64,000 nucleotides of DNA from an uncultured Chloroflexia bacterium (GTDB lineage Bacteria > Chloroflexota > Anaerolineae > CG2-30-64-16): assembly GCA_963783655.1 (NCBI GenBank), contig CAWAOA010000007.1, positions 273,991 through 337,990 of the forward strand. The letters are read 5' to 3'. A program made the translations under genes and the position numbers. Positions 18,288 to 29,305 of the stretch are shown piece by piece. Under the pieces are notes generated by a model. The model did no database searches. It was not told where the DNA came from and saw only the letters and a list, made by a program, of their open reading frames with translations. Every line of letters begins with the position of its first letter. The first letter of the stretch is position 1.

Positions 18288-19418
18288 CTACAGCTTCAGA
18301 CTACGTAAGCGCTTCACCGCTTCTTCCACCCGGTCGGTAACCTGGCCCAGCGAAATGCGGACGTAGCCCTCGCCGTGGGGTCCAAACTCATTTCCGGGGG
18401 TCAGGCTAACCCCGGTGTTCATCAGCACATGCTCGACGAATGTGGCAGAAGTATATCCGGCCGGAACATGAGGCCACAGATATAGACTGGCCAGTGGTTT
18501 CTGCACCTCCAGGTGCAAGCCGTCGGTCAGCGCCGAATGGATCAGGTCACGCCGGTGCTGGTACTCCGCGTTGCGCGCTTCCATCCACGTCTGGTCGCCG
18601 GTGAGCGCAGCGCATGCTGCCTGCTGAAGCGGCACGAACATCCCCGAGTCGACATTCGACTTCAACTGGAGCAGCGCCCGGCCCGCCTGCCGGTTGCCAA
18701 CCACCATGCCGACGCGCCATCCTGCCATATTGTGCGACTTCGACAGGGAGTTGAACTCGAGCGCCACTTCCTTCGCCCCAGGCACGCTCAGGACGCTGGG
18801 AGCACGGTAGCCGTCAAACGTAACGTCAGCGTACGGCGCGTCATGGCACAGCAAGATATCGTGCTCCCGGCAGAACGCGACCGCTCGCTCCAGGAACGGC
18901 AGGTCTGCCGTTCCGCCCGTGGGATTATTCGGGTAATTCAACCACATCAGCCGCGCCCGGCGGGCCACGTCGAGCGGTATGGCGTCCAGATCGGGCAGGA
19001 AGCCCTGTTCGGGCAGCAGCGGCATGAAGTACGATTCGGCTCCCGCCATGGCAGTGCCCATCCGGTACGCGGGATAGCCGGGGTCGGGCACGAGCGCCAG
19101 GTCGCCGGGATCCAGCCATGCCAGGGCCATATGGGCGATGCCCTCCTTCGACCCCAGCAGCGGCACGATCTCGTTGTCTACATCCAGTTCCACGCCAAAC
19201 CGGCGCAGGTAATAGTCGGCAATCGCCTGCCGGAAAGCCGGCATTCCCGTTGCAGTCGGATACGAATGGTTCGTGGGCACCTGCGAGTACCTGTACAGCG
19301 CATCGACCACGAAATCCGGGGGCGGACCGTCGGGACTGCCGATGTCCAGCCTGATTACGTCAAGTCCCTGCGCCTGAAGCGCCTTCAGCTTCGCTGCCAA
19401 CGCAGCGAACACATACAT
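18288..19418 (-). CDS. PLP-dependent aminotransferase class I/II (LL-diaminopimelate aminotransferase-like)
   Basis: Starts MYVFAALAAKLKALQAQGLDVIRLDIGSPD. Motifs: NYPNNPTG and SLSKSHNMAGWRVG (PLP lysine). Confidence 0.85.
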   Translation of the reverse strand: MYVFAALAAKLKALQAQGLDVIRLDIGSPDGPPPDFVVDALYRYSQVPTNHSYPTATGMPAFRQAIADYYLRRFGVELDVDNEIVPLLGSKEGIAHMALAWLDPGDLALVPDPGYPAYRMGTAMAGAESYFMPLLPEQGFLPDLDAIPLDVARRARLMWLNYPNNPTGGTADLPFLERAVAFCREHDILLCHDAPYADVTFDGYRAPSVLSVPGAKEVALEFNSLSKSHNMAGWRVGMVVGNRQAGRALLQLKSNVDSGMFVPLQQAACAALTGDQTWMEARNAEYQHRRDLIHSALTDGLHLEVQKPLASLYLWPHVPAGYTSATFVEHVLMNTGVSLTPGNEFGPHGEGYVRISLGQVTDRVEEAVKRLRSLKL

Positions 19419-19500
19419 GGGAGTTCTTTCGAGTCTCTGTGCCGGTTGCACGCTTCCTCCTCCTGTCGACCTGCAGTGATCAGAACTACCTCGTCTGTCC

Positions 19501-20529
19501 TCAGCTTTCCAGCAACACCTTGAGCACTCGACCCACCCGCTCCAGCGAATCCGGTGAAACCTTGTCCGCCGTGTCTTGCGTCGTGTGCCAGTACTGGTAA
19601 TCGAAATCGATGATGTCCAGCGCCGGGATGCCCTTCTCCAGGAAGGGCGTATGGTCGTCAATCATGCTGTGCTTGTATTGGGGGATAAACCACTTGCTGT
19701 AACCGAGCTGGTTGGCAATGCTCCAGACGCGATCCTGGAGGTCTCGATTGGAGTTACGCTCTCTGTAGAGTTGCTGGTCGGAGTCGCCAATCATGTCCAC
19801 GACGATGACCCCTTTGGGCTGGATCGTCAGCTTCTCCGCCAGGTATCTGGAGCCCGCGATGAAGTCCCAGCCGTCCAGCCCGCCGTTGTCCTCGGCGTCG
19901 AAGAAGGTCAGCCAGACCTCGTTCGTGAGTCGCTGGCGATTCAGCGACTGCGCCAATTCAAGCAGGACTGCCACACCCGAGGCGCCGTCGTTGGCCCCCA
20001 TCACCGGTTCGCGACGCTTGTTGGGATCCGTTTCCTGGTCCGCCTGGCGGCGCGTATCGTAATGGGCGCCGACGATCATCACCGGTCCCTGTCCCGCCTT
20101 CGCGATGATATTTGTCGCGCTGGTCCCCTTATACGTGAACTGCTGGGTATCTACCTGCCATCCTGCGGAGCGTAGCCTGCCCGTAATGTATTCGATGGTG
20201 CGACGGTGGCCGTCAGTTCCCGTCGCCCTGGGACCGATCTTCGTCTGCTCGAGGACATGCTCGTACGCACGATCGCCGTCAAAGTCGCGTCTTACCCGGG
20301 TGGGCGTAGCCGTCGGCGCCAGAGCAGCCGTCGCGGTCACGACCGGCATCTTCACGAGGCCGGCGACAGCCGTGGGGGTCACCGGCTGCGGCTTGGGAAG
20401 AAAGTCGATCGCCAGCGCCGCATAACCGGAAAGCACGGCTGCCAGGATCAGAACAAGGACCGATTCCAGCCAGTGCCGGCGAATATAGTCACGTATCTGT
20501 AGCAACCTGTCCATCGGCCATCGCCTCAC
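19501..20529 (-). CDS. M28 family metallopeptidase (aminopeptidase / glutaminyl-cyclase-like) with N-terminal TM anchor
   Basis: Motifs: GAHYDT, GANDGASGVAVLLELA, FFDAEDNGG, H-containing C-terminal site (YWHTTQD). Confidence 0.85.
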   Translation of the reverse strand: MRRWPMDRLLQIRDYIRRHWLESVLVLILAAVLSGYAALAIDFLPKPQPVTPTAVAGLVKMPVVTATAALAPTATPTRVRRDFDGDRAYEHVLEQTKIGPRATGTDGHRRTIEYITGRLRSAGWQVDTQQFTYKGTSATNIIAKAGQGPVMIVGAHYDTRRQADQETDPNKRREPVMGANDGASGVAVLLELAQSLNRQRLTNEVWLTFFDAEDNGGLDGWDFIAGSRYLAEKLTIQPKGVIVVDMIGDSDQQLYRERNSNRDLQDRVWSIANQLGYSKWFIPQYKHSMIDDHTPFLEKGIPALDIIDFDYQYWHTTQDTADKVSPDSLERVGRVLKVLLES

Positions 20530-20553
20530 ACATACCGCACCGCATGAGCCGGT

Positions 20554-21934
20554 TTACTTGTCATCCCCCTCACCGCGTGAGCGGAAGACGATGCGCAGCG
20601 GCGTTCCTTCAAACGGATGCAGGTCGCGAATCCGATTCTCCAGATAGCGTTCGTAGGAGAAGTGGACTAACTCGCGATCGTTTACGAATATGATAAAGGT
20701 GGGCGGTTCCACGTTCGCCTGCGTGGCGTAGTAGATCTTCAGAGTTCGCCCACCCCGCCCACTGGGGCTGTGAGCCGACCACGCTTCATGGATCAGCCGG
20801 TTTAGCTCGCCGGTCGGGATGCGGACCTTCCGCTGAGCGGCCACCGCCATCGCCGCCGGGAGCACCTTGTTCACGCGCTGCTTCGTGAGCGCCGAGATGA
20901 AGACCACCGGCACGTAGTCGAGGAAGTGGAGCTGCTGCCGCACGGTGTCGCGGAAGTTGTTGATCGTATAGGTGTCTTTTTCCGGGACGACATCCCACTT
21001 GTTGACGACCACTACGACGCTCTTGTACTCCTCGAGTATGAACCCCGCAACGTGCGCGTCCTGGGCCATGATGCCGGCCTCGGCGTCCACGACGAGGAGC
21101 GCTACATCCGAGCGCTGGATGGCGCTCATAGCGCGCATCACACTGTACTTTTCAATTCCCGGGTCGACCCGTCCCCGCCGGCGAATCCCGGCCGTGTCGA
21201 TCAGAACGATGTCTTGCCCTTCCCACTTCAGGTGGGTGTCGATTGCATCGCGTGTGGTGCCGGCGATGGAGCTGACGATGGCGCGCTCTTCGCGGAGCAA
21301 GGCATTCAACAAAGAGGACTTGCCGGTATTCGGGCGCCCGACGATGGCAATCTGTAACGGCGTCTGGTTCTTCCTCTTCGGCGATCTGCGGGAGATGCTC
21401 GACAATCGCGTCGAGCAGGTCGCCGGTCCCGGTGCCGTGCACTGCCGAAATGGCGAACACCTCACCCAGGCTGAGCGTGTAGAACTCGAGCGCCTGTTGG
21501 CGGCGCGCCTCGTTGTCTGCCTTGTTTGCGGCGAGCACTACGGGCTTCGGGGAGCGGCGGAGGATCTCGGCGACGTCCTGGTCGGCAGCGGTAATCCCGT
21601 CGCGCGCATCCACCAGAAATACGATAACATCAGCTTCCTCGATCGCGAGCTCGGCCTGCTGCCGGATCTCGCGCACGAAATCTCGCGACGAGCTGGTCAG
21701 CGCCTCGGGCTGGCGCCCCTTGGAGGCAGCCTTCTCGGTGGCGGCGATATCGAGCCCGCCCGTGTCCACCAGGATAAATGGGCGCTCGGTCCATTCGGCA
21801 TCGGCGTAAAGACGGTCGCGGGTAGTGCCCGGCTCGTCCTCGACGATGGCCAGGCGCTCACCTACCAGGCGGTTGAATAAGGTGGACTTTCCTACATTGG
21901 GTCGTCCGACCAGTGCGACGATGGGCTTGCGCAT
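20554..21934 (-). pseudogene. der: Ribosome biogenesis GTPase Der (EngA); one frameshift as sequenced
   Basis: GTPase domain 1 is in ORF 21152..21934 ([21 protein letters not shown]). GTPase domain 2 plus the KH-like domain are in ORF 20554..21465 ([16 protein letters not shown]...). The break is near 21350-21370. Confidence 0.9.
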
Positions 21935-21977
21935 CTACGAACTCAACTCTTCTACTCTCCAGGAGGAAATACGGTTG

Positions 21978-23249
21978 CTACCCCGGCGGACGATCGACCC
22001 CGGGCAAAGCAGGCTGCGTCGACGCGGCGGGCGCTGGAGTCGGCGTGGGTGTAGGCGGCAGCGCAGCGACTACCACCTCGATGCTTTGTGGCGAAACGCC
22101 CTGGACCGAGATCCCCTCAGGTGCGGGCACGCGTGGCTCCAGAACGTGAGCGCCAGGTCCCAGGCCGGACAGATCGAGAATCACAGGCACCGAATCCTCG
22201 CGCAATGCATCCAGCCGCGGCACTGGACCGGCGAGAAACACATTTACTGTCTCGAGGCGCAGGGTGTATGTGAGCCCCGGCCCTAACCCCTGGATTACCG
22301 GGTGCCGCTGTACCGTTTGGGCCCCTTGGATCGGCCGGATATTGATTTGTACCGACACGCTCTGGGTCCCGAGGGTAGACAGGCTTTCCGGCAATCGCAG
22401 CGGCACGCGCTCCACGATATCGGAGCGAGCGTCGTTGATGTCAACTGACACCGTGATGTAGCCGCTCAGGCTCGCGATCGCTGCCGGCTCCCCGGACAGC
22501 GTGACCAGCTTTGGATCGGCATTCACGGCGTTGACGGTATACCCCGCAGCCGGACGGCCGGTGGTCTCTACCAGGATGGCGACCTCCCGGTAACCCGGCA
22601 ACTGCATTACGGGGACCTGTACCTCCACATCGCGTGGCGAGACGCTAACGGAATCGACCGCATCGCCGCTGTCGTCGAGCGGGCTTACACGCAACGAGCG
22701 AGTCACGGTGCTCCGCGAACCGCGCAGATACATGTCTACAGCGGCTGACTCCACCTGATCGGCCACAGAGGCGCTCCCCGTTACCAGCACGTGGGTGGGG
22801 CTGATCTGGGCAGTCAGCGCCTCGTAGCCGAACGCAGGCGCATCCAGCACGTTTACCTTCACCGGTACCAGGCGGTCGCGCCGTTCCTCCAGGCGGACGC
22901 TGATAGCGGGCGGGTTCACGCCGAGGACCTGGACGTCCGGATCCGGCGACGTTACGTTCACCTTCACGTCGTGCTCGCCTGCTCTGAGCCCGTTCAGATC
23001 CACATATGCGTTGAAGTCGCGCGGCTGGAGATCAGGCCAGCGCGTTTTGGGAGCACGGATCTCGATGCGCACCTGGTTTACCATCTCGCCGAAGACGCTC
23101 AGGTTGCCGGCGAGACCGAGCCTGGACACGGGTATCGGCTGCGAATACAGGTCGCGGGGGTTTTCCTCGCGCACCGCAACCAGCCAGACGATCAGGGCGA
23201 GTACCAGCGCCAACCCGGCACTGACGGCGTTCGACAGCCAATCCTTCAT
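21978..23249 (-). CDS. cdaR: YbbR domain-containing protein (CdaR-like regulator of diadenylate cyclase)
   Basis: N-terminal TM helix followed by repeated YbbR-like beta modules and a Pro/Thr-rich tail. Its start overlaps the cdaA stop (ATGA). Confidence 0.8.
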   Translation of the reverse strand: MKDWLSNAVSAGLALVLALIVWLVAVREENPRDLYSQPIPVSRLGLAGNLSVFGEMVNQVRIEIRAPKTRWPDLQPRDFNAYVDLNGLRAGEHDVKVNVTSPDPDVQVLGVNPPAISVRLEERRDRLVPVKVNVLDAPAFGYEALTAQISPTHVLVTGSASVADQVESAAVDMYLRGSRSTVTRSLRVSPLDDSGDAVDSVSVSPRDVEVQVPVMQLPGYREVAILVETTGRPAAGYTVNAVNADPKLVTLSGEPAAIASLSGYITVSVDINDARSDIVERVPLRLPESLSTLGTQSVSVQINIRPIQGAQTVQRHPVIQGLGPGLTYTLRLETVNVFLAGPVPRLDALREDSVPVILDLSGLGPGAHVLEPRVPAPEGISVQGVSPQSIEVVVAALPPTPTPTPAPAASTQPALPGVDRPPG

Positions 23250-24049
23250 CTGTTGCTCGCGTTACCGAAGAGACGCGGCGGATGGTAGAACGCCTGCAGG
23301 ATGCGGCGCAGCCTTTGCCCGTCCAGCCGGCGAACGATACGCCCGTTTCGTGCGATTGAGATGATGCCGGTTTCCTCCGAAACGACGATGGCCAGTGCAT
23401 CGTTCTGCTCGGTGATACCTACCGCGGCCCTGTGCCGGGTGCCCAGCGAGCTATCCGGGAGAGTGCGTGCCGTCAACGGCAGTACGCATCCGGCCGCCAC
23501 GATGCGGTCGCCACGAATGATCGCGGCGCCGTCATGGAGCGCCGCGTTCGGGAAGAAGATGGTGGTGAGCAGCCGGGCGGAGACGCGGCCGTCGATGCGC
23601 TCACCCGTTTCCATGTGCTCCTCCAGCCCGGTCTCCCCTTCCAGGACGATCAGCGCACCGGTGCGCTCTCGCGCCATCATCTCGACCGCAAGCACAACCT
23701 CGTAGATCTCCTGCTGGCTGCCGGCCCCGTTGGCTGCGCGCCCGATCAGCGGGCTGGTACGGCCAAGGCGTTCGAGCGCCCGACGCAGCTCCGGCTGGAA
23801 GATCACCGGTATGGCGACGAGGATGACGGGCAAGGAGTTTCGCAGCAGCCAGCTAAAGGCCGCCAGCGGGAACAGATTGATCGCCACAATGATCAGGAAG
23901 GTCACCAGCAGGATGCCTCGCAGGAGCGAGACGGCCTGCGTCCCTCGGAAGAGCCTGAGAAGGCCGTAGAACACCAGCGCGACGAGCGCGATGTCTATTA
24001 CCCCGAGGAGGGTGAGCCGCTGAAAGATCCCGGCGATCTCTGCCAGCAT
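23246..24049 (-). CDS. cdaA: Diadenylate cyclase CdaA
   Basis: Three N-terminal TM helices plus a DisA_N domain (GALIVLEGETG, HDGAAII, GTRHRAAVGITE, SEETGIIS). Confidence 0.9.
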   Translation of the reverse strand: MLAEIAGIFQRLTLLGVIDIALVALVFYGLLRLFRGTQAVSLLRGILLVTFLIIVAINLFPLAAFSWLLRNSLPVILVAIPVIFQPELRRALERLGRTSPLIGRAANGAGSQQEIYEVVLAVEMMARERTGALIVLEGETGLEEHMETGERIDGRVSARLLTTIFFPNAALHDGAAIIRGDRIVAAGCVLPLTARTLPDSSLGTRHRAAVGITEQNDALAIVVSEETGIISIARNGRIVRRLDGQRLRRILQAFYHPPRLFGNASNR

Positions 24050-24059
24050 CGGTTCGCTT

Positions 24060-24985
<926 letters not shown>

Positions 24986-25048
24986 CGATTTCCCCTTTGT
25001 GAATGAATTGACGACAAAATAGCGATTGGCTTCACCGCCCATGCCGGT

Positions 25049-25955
25049 TCACGCTGCGGTTACAAGCACCCGTGCCCCCAGCGCGGCGACCATCATCGCC
25101 GCCCACCACCACGGCGCCGAGTGTTGTCCGGGTTCGTCACCCAGTTCTCCACGCAGCGACCAGATCGATGGCGCCACAAAAAGACCGGCGACCAGCAGGA
25201 GTGGCCATGCCAGCCGCAGCACGACGAGCACGAGCAACACGGCTCCCTGCCCGATCCACCGCGCCGCGCCGCGCTGCACCATTCCCCAGAAGAGCGCAGT
25301 GAAGGCAGTCCCAAGAAGCAGCGCGCTCGGGATCGGTGTGCCGCCCTGCGAGCGATAGCCCCAGCACCCAGGGCAGGCCTGCCATGAGGAGAGCGTGAAC
25401 GAGGTGCGGCCGGCGTCCGCGCTCCGCCACCAACTGGGCGATTACCGCCAGAGCGAGAGCCACGATCGTGAGCACGATTGCGGGCCCACCGAGCAGAAGT
25501 GCCAACCCGAGACTAACCAGTACGCCGGCGAATACCTCGTGCCAACACGCGCCCGATGCCAGGCCGCGCAGGCGTCGCAGCGCCCGGAAAAGCGGTGCGT
25601 CCACCTGTGCGTACGGGAGACCCGGCATTGACTCGGGAGCGGCGACCAGCGACCCTCCCCCCGCCATCAGTCCCCATACCGCACCCCACGCGCAGTCTGC
25701 AAGCAGGATACCGCCGGCCAAAAGCAGGGTGGTGGATGCGGACAAAGTGATGCCGCCGGCGAGTGCGCCGGCCAGAACGGACCACGCCGGACCGACACGC
25801 CAGAACCGGTCACTCAGTGCTATGCGAAGGTTGATCAGGGGACCTGCGCCGCCGGCTAACCAGCGGCTTCGGTCGATGCTACCAGCCAATCCAGTCTCTC
25901 CTCCCCCGTTTCCGGGCGTACTCGCTATTGTATAGCGCACCGGGGCGGATGACAA
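25049..25955 (-). pseudogene. Hypothetical multi-pass membrane protein; probable frameshift near 25300
   Basis: ORF 25137..25955 is rich in hydrophobic helices. Its C-terminal third reads as noise, whereas ORF 25049..25282 in another frame continues with TM-like sequence (GAVLLVLVVLRLAWPLLLVAGLFVAPS). Confidence 0.45.
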
Positions 25956-25991
25956 GGTGACTGGTGACTTGGTGAACGAACAGAGCCGACT

Positions 25992-27016
25992 CTAGATGCC
26001 GCTTGCTGCCTCGTCCGGTCCCGCGGGCAGCAGCGCCACCGGGCCGGGGCGATCTGAACGGGGCTGAGTCCCAAATCGTGTCAGAAGCACGGCGCCGACG
26101 CCGATACTGCCGATAATCGCCTGGGCGAAGAAGCCGATGCACCAGGGCAGGCGCGCCATGACGACGATCAGGAAGACGCCGACGGCAACTTCAAGCATCG
26201 CGGAGGCCCGAACGCCGCGCAGGCCGCGCAAGATACGCTGCCCGAGCCAGTACCCAACTGCAAGCCAGCCGAACAGTGTCGTGAGGCCCGCTGCCAGCCA
26301 TACCAGAAGACCCAGTCCACAAGCGATCAGGAGAATGGCGCCTAGAAGCAAAGCCAGCACGAAGGTCAAAAGACCCAGGGCAAAGCTCAGGGCGGTTTCG
26401 CGACCGACCGTGCGCGCGACCTCAGCCATTGGATTCGGGGCCACCACGACTGCCACAATCCCCAGCAGAGCCATAATCAGGCCGAGGCCGACGGTGCCAA
26501 ACTGCCACAACAGGAACTCGAAGAAGCGGTCAAACGGGCTGCTCCGGTTTGGAGTGGTCTGTGCTCGCACTTGCTCTCGGGTTCGCTCTTCTATCCCGAG
26601 GGGATCGACCAACCGTGGGCCACGCAGTCCCTCGATCACGTTTCCGCGCACCTGCGCACCCGGGCTGCGATTCACATTCCCGCCCAGCGTCGTGACATTG
26701 CCCCCGACTTCGGCGGTATCGGCAAGCTGCAGGTTACCGGCCAGGACGTTCACGTCGCCGCGGACGTAGCCGCGCACGGTCAGCGAGCCGCCCAGCAGTG
26801 ACACATCGCCCTCGACCCTGCTTTGCTCCGCCAGGTCGGTATTCCCGGCCAACACGACCAGGTCTCCGGGCAGTCGTTCGCCCGCGCGAACACGTAATCC
26901 TCGCCCACGACCAGCTTGTCGCCGCCATCAGGTCCCTGCGCCAATGCAGACGGCACGACCAGGATCAACAGCATCACGGTAAGGATGAAGACGTGCCACC
27001 ATCTGGATTTCATCAT
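25992..27016 (-). pseudogene. Membrane protein with bactofilin-like (polymer-forming cytoskeletal) repeats; one frameshift as sequenced
   Basis: Signal/TM MMKSRWWHVFILTVMLLILVV in ORF 26780..27016. Repeats (GDVSLLGGSLTVRGYVRGDVNVLAGNLQL...GGNVTTLGGNV) and about 4 C-terminal TM helices in ORF 25992..26855. Its start overlaps the anti-sigma stop (ATGA). Confidence 0.55.
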
Positions 27017-27600
27017 CGCACTACTCCCACCTTTGCTTCTGCGCTACCTGACCAGGCCGGTCGTAACCACGGAACATGCCGTACGACAAGCCAGAACCAC
27101 ACGATCCCCACCACCGCCGCCAGGCCGGTCAGCAGGCCGAACAGGAGGGCGAGTGGTGGTGCGGCCAGGCCTTGCCACAAACCTGCGCACGCGCGCAGCA
27201 GTTCCCCTACGCCGTCCAGCACTTGAGCGCCCGCCATCACCGCGCCCTGCAACTGCTCCGGGTTCCGCACGCCCCAGATGCCAATCAGGGCGATCACTGC
27301 CCACATGGCGATGAATATCCCCCCCCAGGCCAGCAGAAGGCCTGAGCCCACGAGGCGTCGCCGGCGATGCCTGCGGCGACTCGCCTCGAGCCGGGCGAGC
27401 ACGCGGAGCGAGAAGTCCGGTGCGGGTTGCATCATCACCGCGCCAGACAGACTCGCGTCCACCGTCCGAAATCTGGCCCAGGTGCCGGTGCAGATCGCGC
27501 ACTCGTTCAGGTGCCGTTCGAGCGCGCCCCGCTCCTCGGACGATGCCTCGCCGTCAAGGACCGATGACATGAGGAGGCTGTATTGCTGATGCATGATCAC
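27013..27600 (-). CDS. Anti-sigma factor (zf-HC2 type) with TM region
   Basis: N-terminal H-x3-C-x2-C motif (ERHLNECAICTGTWARF), followed by TM helices. It lies directly downstream of the ECF sigma gene. Confidence 0.7.
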   Translation of the reverse strand: MIMHQQYSLLMSSVLDGEASSEERGALERHLNECAICTGTWARFRTVDASLSGAVMMQPAPDFSLRVLARLEASRRRHRRRRLVGSGLLLAWGGIFIAMWAVIALIGIWGVRNPEQLQGAVMAGAQVLDGVGELLRACAGLWQGLAAPPLALLFGLLTGLAAVVGIVWFWLVVRHVPWLRPAWSGSAEAKVGVVR

Positions 27601-28204
27601 CTCGCCGGTGCCAGGGCAGTTGCCGGAGTCGCGCAGCGCTGCGGTCGGCCAACATCAGCCGTGCCCGGTGCAGGCGCGATTTGACCGCCTGTATCGATAA
27701 CGACATGATTTCTGCGATCTCGGCATACGAAAGCCCATACCAGTAGTGGAGAATGACCGGCACGCGGTAGCCGTGGGGCAGAGCATCCACCATCTGCTGT
27801 ACCTCGTCCTGTCGCTCCCGCGCAATTGCGGTTTCCTCAGGCGGGATCTCGCGTGACGGGAGCGTGGTCTCCATCGGTTCGTCGTCGAGGGAGAGCCAGG
27901 CCGGCCGGCGGCTTCGCAGGCGGTCGATGCAGTAGTGCGACGCGATCGACAGCAGCCACGACGAGAAGCTGCGTTCTGGCTGGTAGGTATGGAGCTTCGT
28001 ATAGGCGCGCACAAATGCCTCCTGTGCAGCATCCTCTGCTTCCGGCGCGTTGCCGAGCATCCGGTACGCCAGGTTGTAGACTGCGGATTGATAGGCGTCG
28101 ACCAGCCGGCCAAACGCATGGGGGTCCCCCCGCCGGGCTCGCTCGAGCCAGAGAACCTCATCTTGTCTCACGCAGACTCCGTAGCGGGATTCTACCCGCC
28201 TCAC
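27554..28204 (-). CDS. RNA polymerase ECF-type sigma-70 factor
   Basis: Region 2 (AFGRLVDAYQSAVYNLAYRMLGNAPEAEDAAQEAFVRAY) and region 4 HTH (LSYAEIAEIMSLSIQAVKSRLHRAR). The 47-nt overlap with the anti-sigma gene may reflect a small indel near its 3' end. Confidence 0.9.
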   Translation of the reverse strand: MRRVESRYGVCVRQDEVLWLERARRGDPHAFGRLVDAYQSAVYNLAYRMLGNAPEAEDAAQEAFVRAYTKLHTYQPERSFSSWLLSIASHYCIDRLRSRRPAWLSLDDEPMETTLPSREIPPEETAIARERQDEVQQMVDALPHGYRVPVILHYWYGLSYAEIAEIMSLSIQAVKSRLHRARLMLADRSAARLRQLPWHRRGDHASAIQPPHVIGP

Positions 28205-28303
28205 TCTCCCATACGAACCTCGCCCGAAAAGGTTTCTGCCGGTGCTCTTACCACGTAATGCCTATGCTATAATAGCCGAGTTGCTTCGTCAGGAGAACCC
28301 ATC

Positions 28304-28912
28304 GTGCCCACAGCCTACCCCTTTATTGCCATCGAGGGCGCAATTGGCGCCGGCAAGACGACGCTTGCGCGCATTATCGGCGAATCACTTCCCGCTTCGG
28401 TGCTGCTGGAGGTATTCGAGGAAAACCCGTTTCTCGGCGACTTCTATGCCGACCGGGTTCGTTATGCGTTTCAAACGCAAGTCTTCTTCCTGTTGAGCCG
28501 CTACCGCCAGCAGCACAAGGTGGTGACGGAGACACTGGCGCGCGGGCCCCTGGTTAGCGACTACCTGTTCGCCAAAGACTGGCTTTTCGCCCACCTGAAT
28601 CTGGCCGGCGACGAGCTCGCGATGTACGAGCGAGTGCACGGGATCCTGGGCGAGAAGTTGACCGTCCCGTCCCTCGTCATTTTTCTTCGAGCCACGACCG
28701 ACACGCTGATGGATCGCATCGCAGTTCGCGACCGGCCCGTACGAGCGACAGATGTCGCGGGCCTATATCGATGCGCTGCGCGACGCATACGAGTCGTTTT
28801 TCACGGGGTACACCACCGCGCCCGTTCTGCAGGTGGAAACCGGGCGGCTCGACTTCGTGCATGATCCTGGAGCGCGCCGCGAGCTGTTGGCTGAGATCAA
28901 GCACGCATTGAC
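28304..28912 (+). pseudogene. Deoxynucleoside kinase family protein; frameshift near 28740, probably continuing into the MazG-like segment
   Basis: GTG start after AGGAGAA. P-loop IAIEGAIGAGKTTLA. dNK motifs (ENPFLGDFY, SDYLFAKD, RIAVRDRP then YERQMSRAYIDALRDAY in ORF 28752..). Confidence 0.8.
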
Positions 28913-29305
28913 TTCGATCGCCATCCAACCCGCGTTCCCCGGTGGGACGAGATTGCCCCCCAGCCCATCGAAGTCAGGGGCAGCCTCAAGGCGATACAGC
29001 AGTTGCAGGCAGTTCAGGACGGGCATCCACCGGGCGGCGCCGCCGATCCATTCGCCCGCTTCTATGACCTTGTGCACGAGTCTGGGCGATTTCGCGGCCG
29101 TCCTCGCTTGGGCGTATCGCGAGAGCGAAGAGCTGCTTCCGGCGCTGGGGAATCGTCCGAGGCGCGCGACCGGGCGCTGCAGGAGCACGGTGAGCAGCTA
29201 AAGGAGCAACTTGGACGGATGTTCGTCGAATTGATCAGGCTCGCGAATGGCGCCGGCGTCGACCTGGAAGCTGCCTATCTCGCAAGGAAGGATTCACTAA
29301 GATGA
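28895..29305 (+). pseudogene. MazG-like nucleotide pyrophosphohydrolase domain; compensating frameshifts, no start codon of its own
   Basis: The frame of ORF 29003..29305 is open from 28895. The C-terminus (KEQLGRMFVELIRLANGAGVDLEAAYLARK) is MazG-like. The middle helix (GDFAAVLAWAYRESEE) lies in the frame of ORF 28752... Confidence 0.6.
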
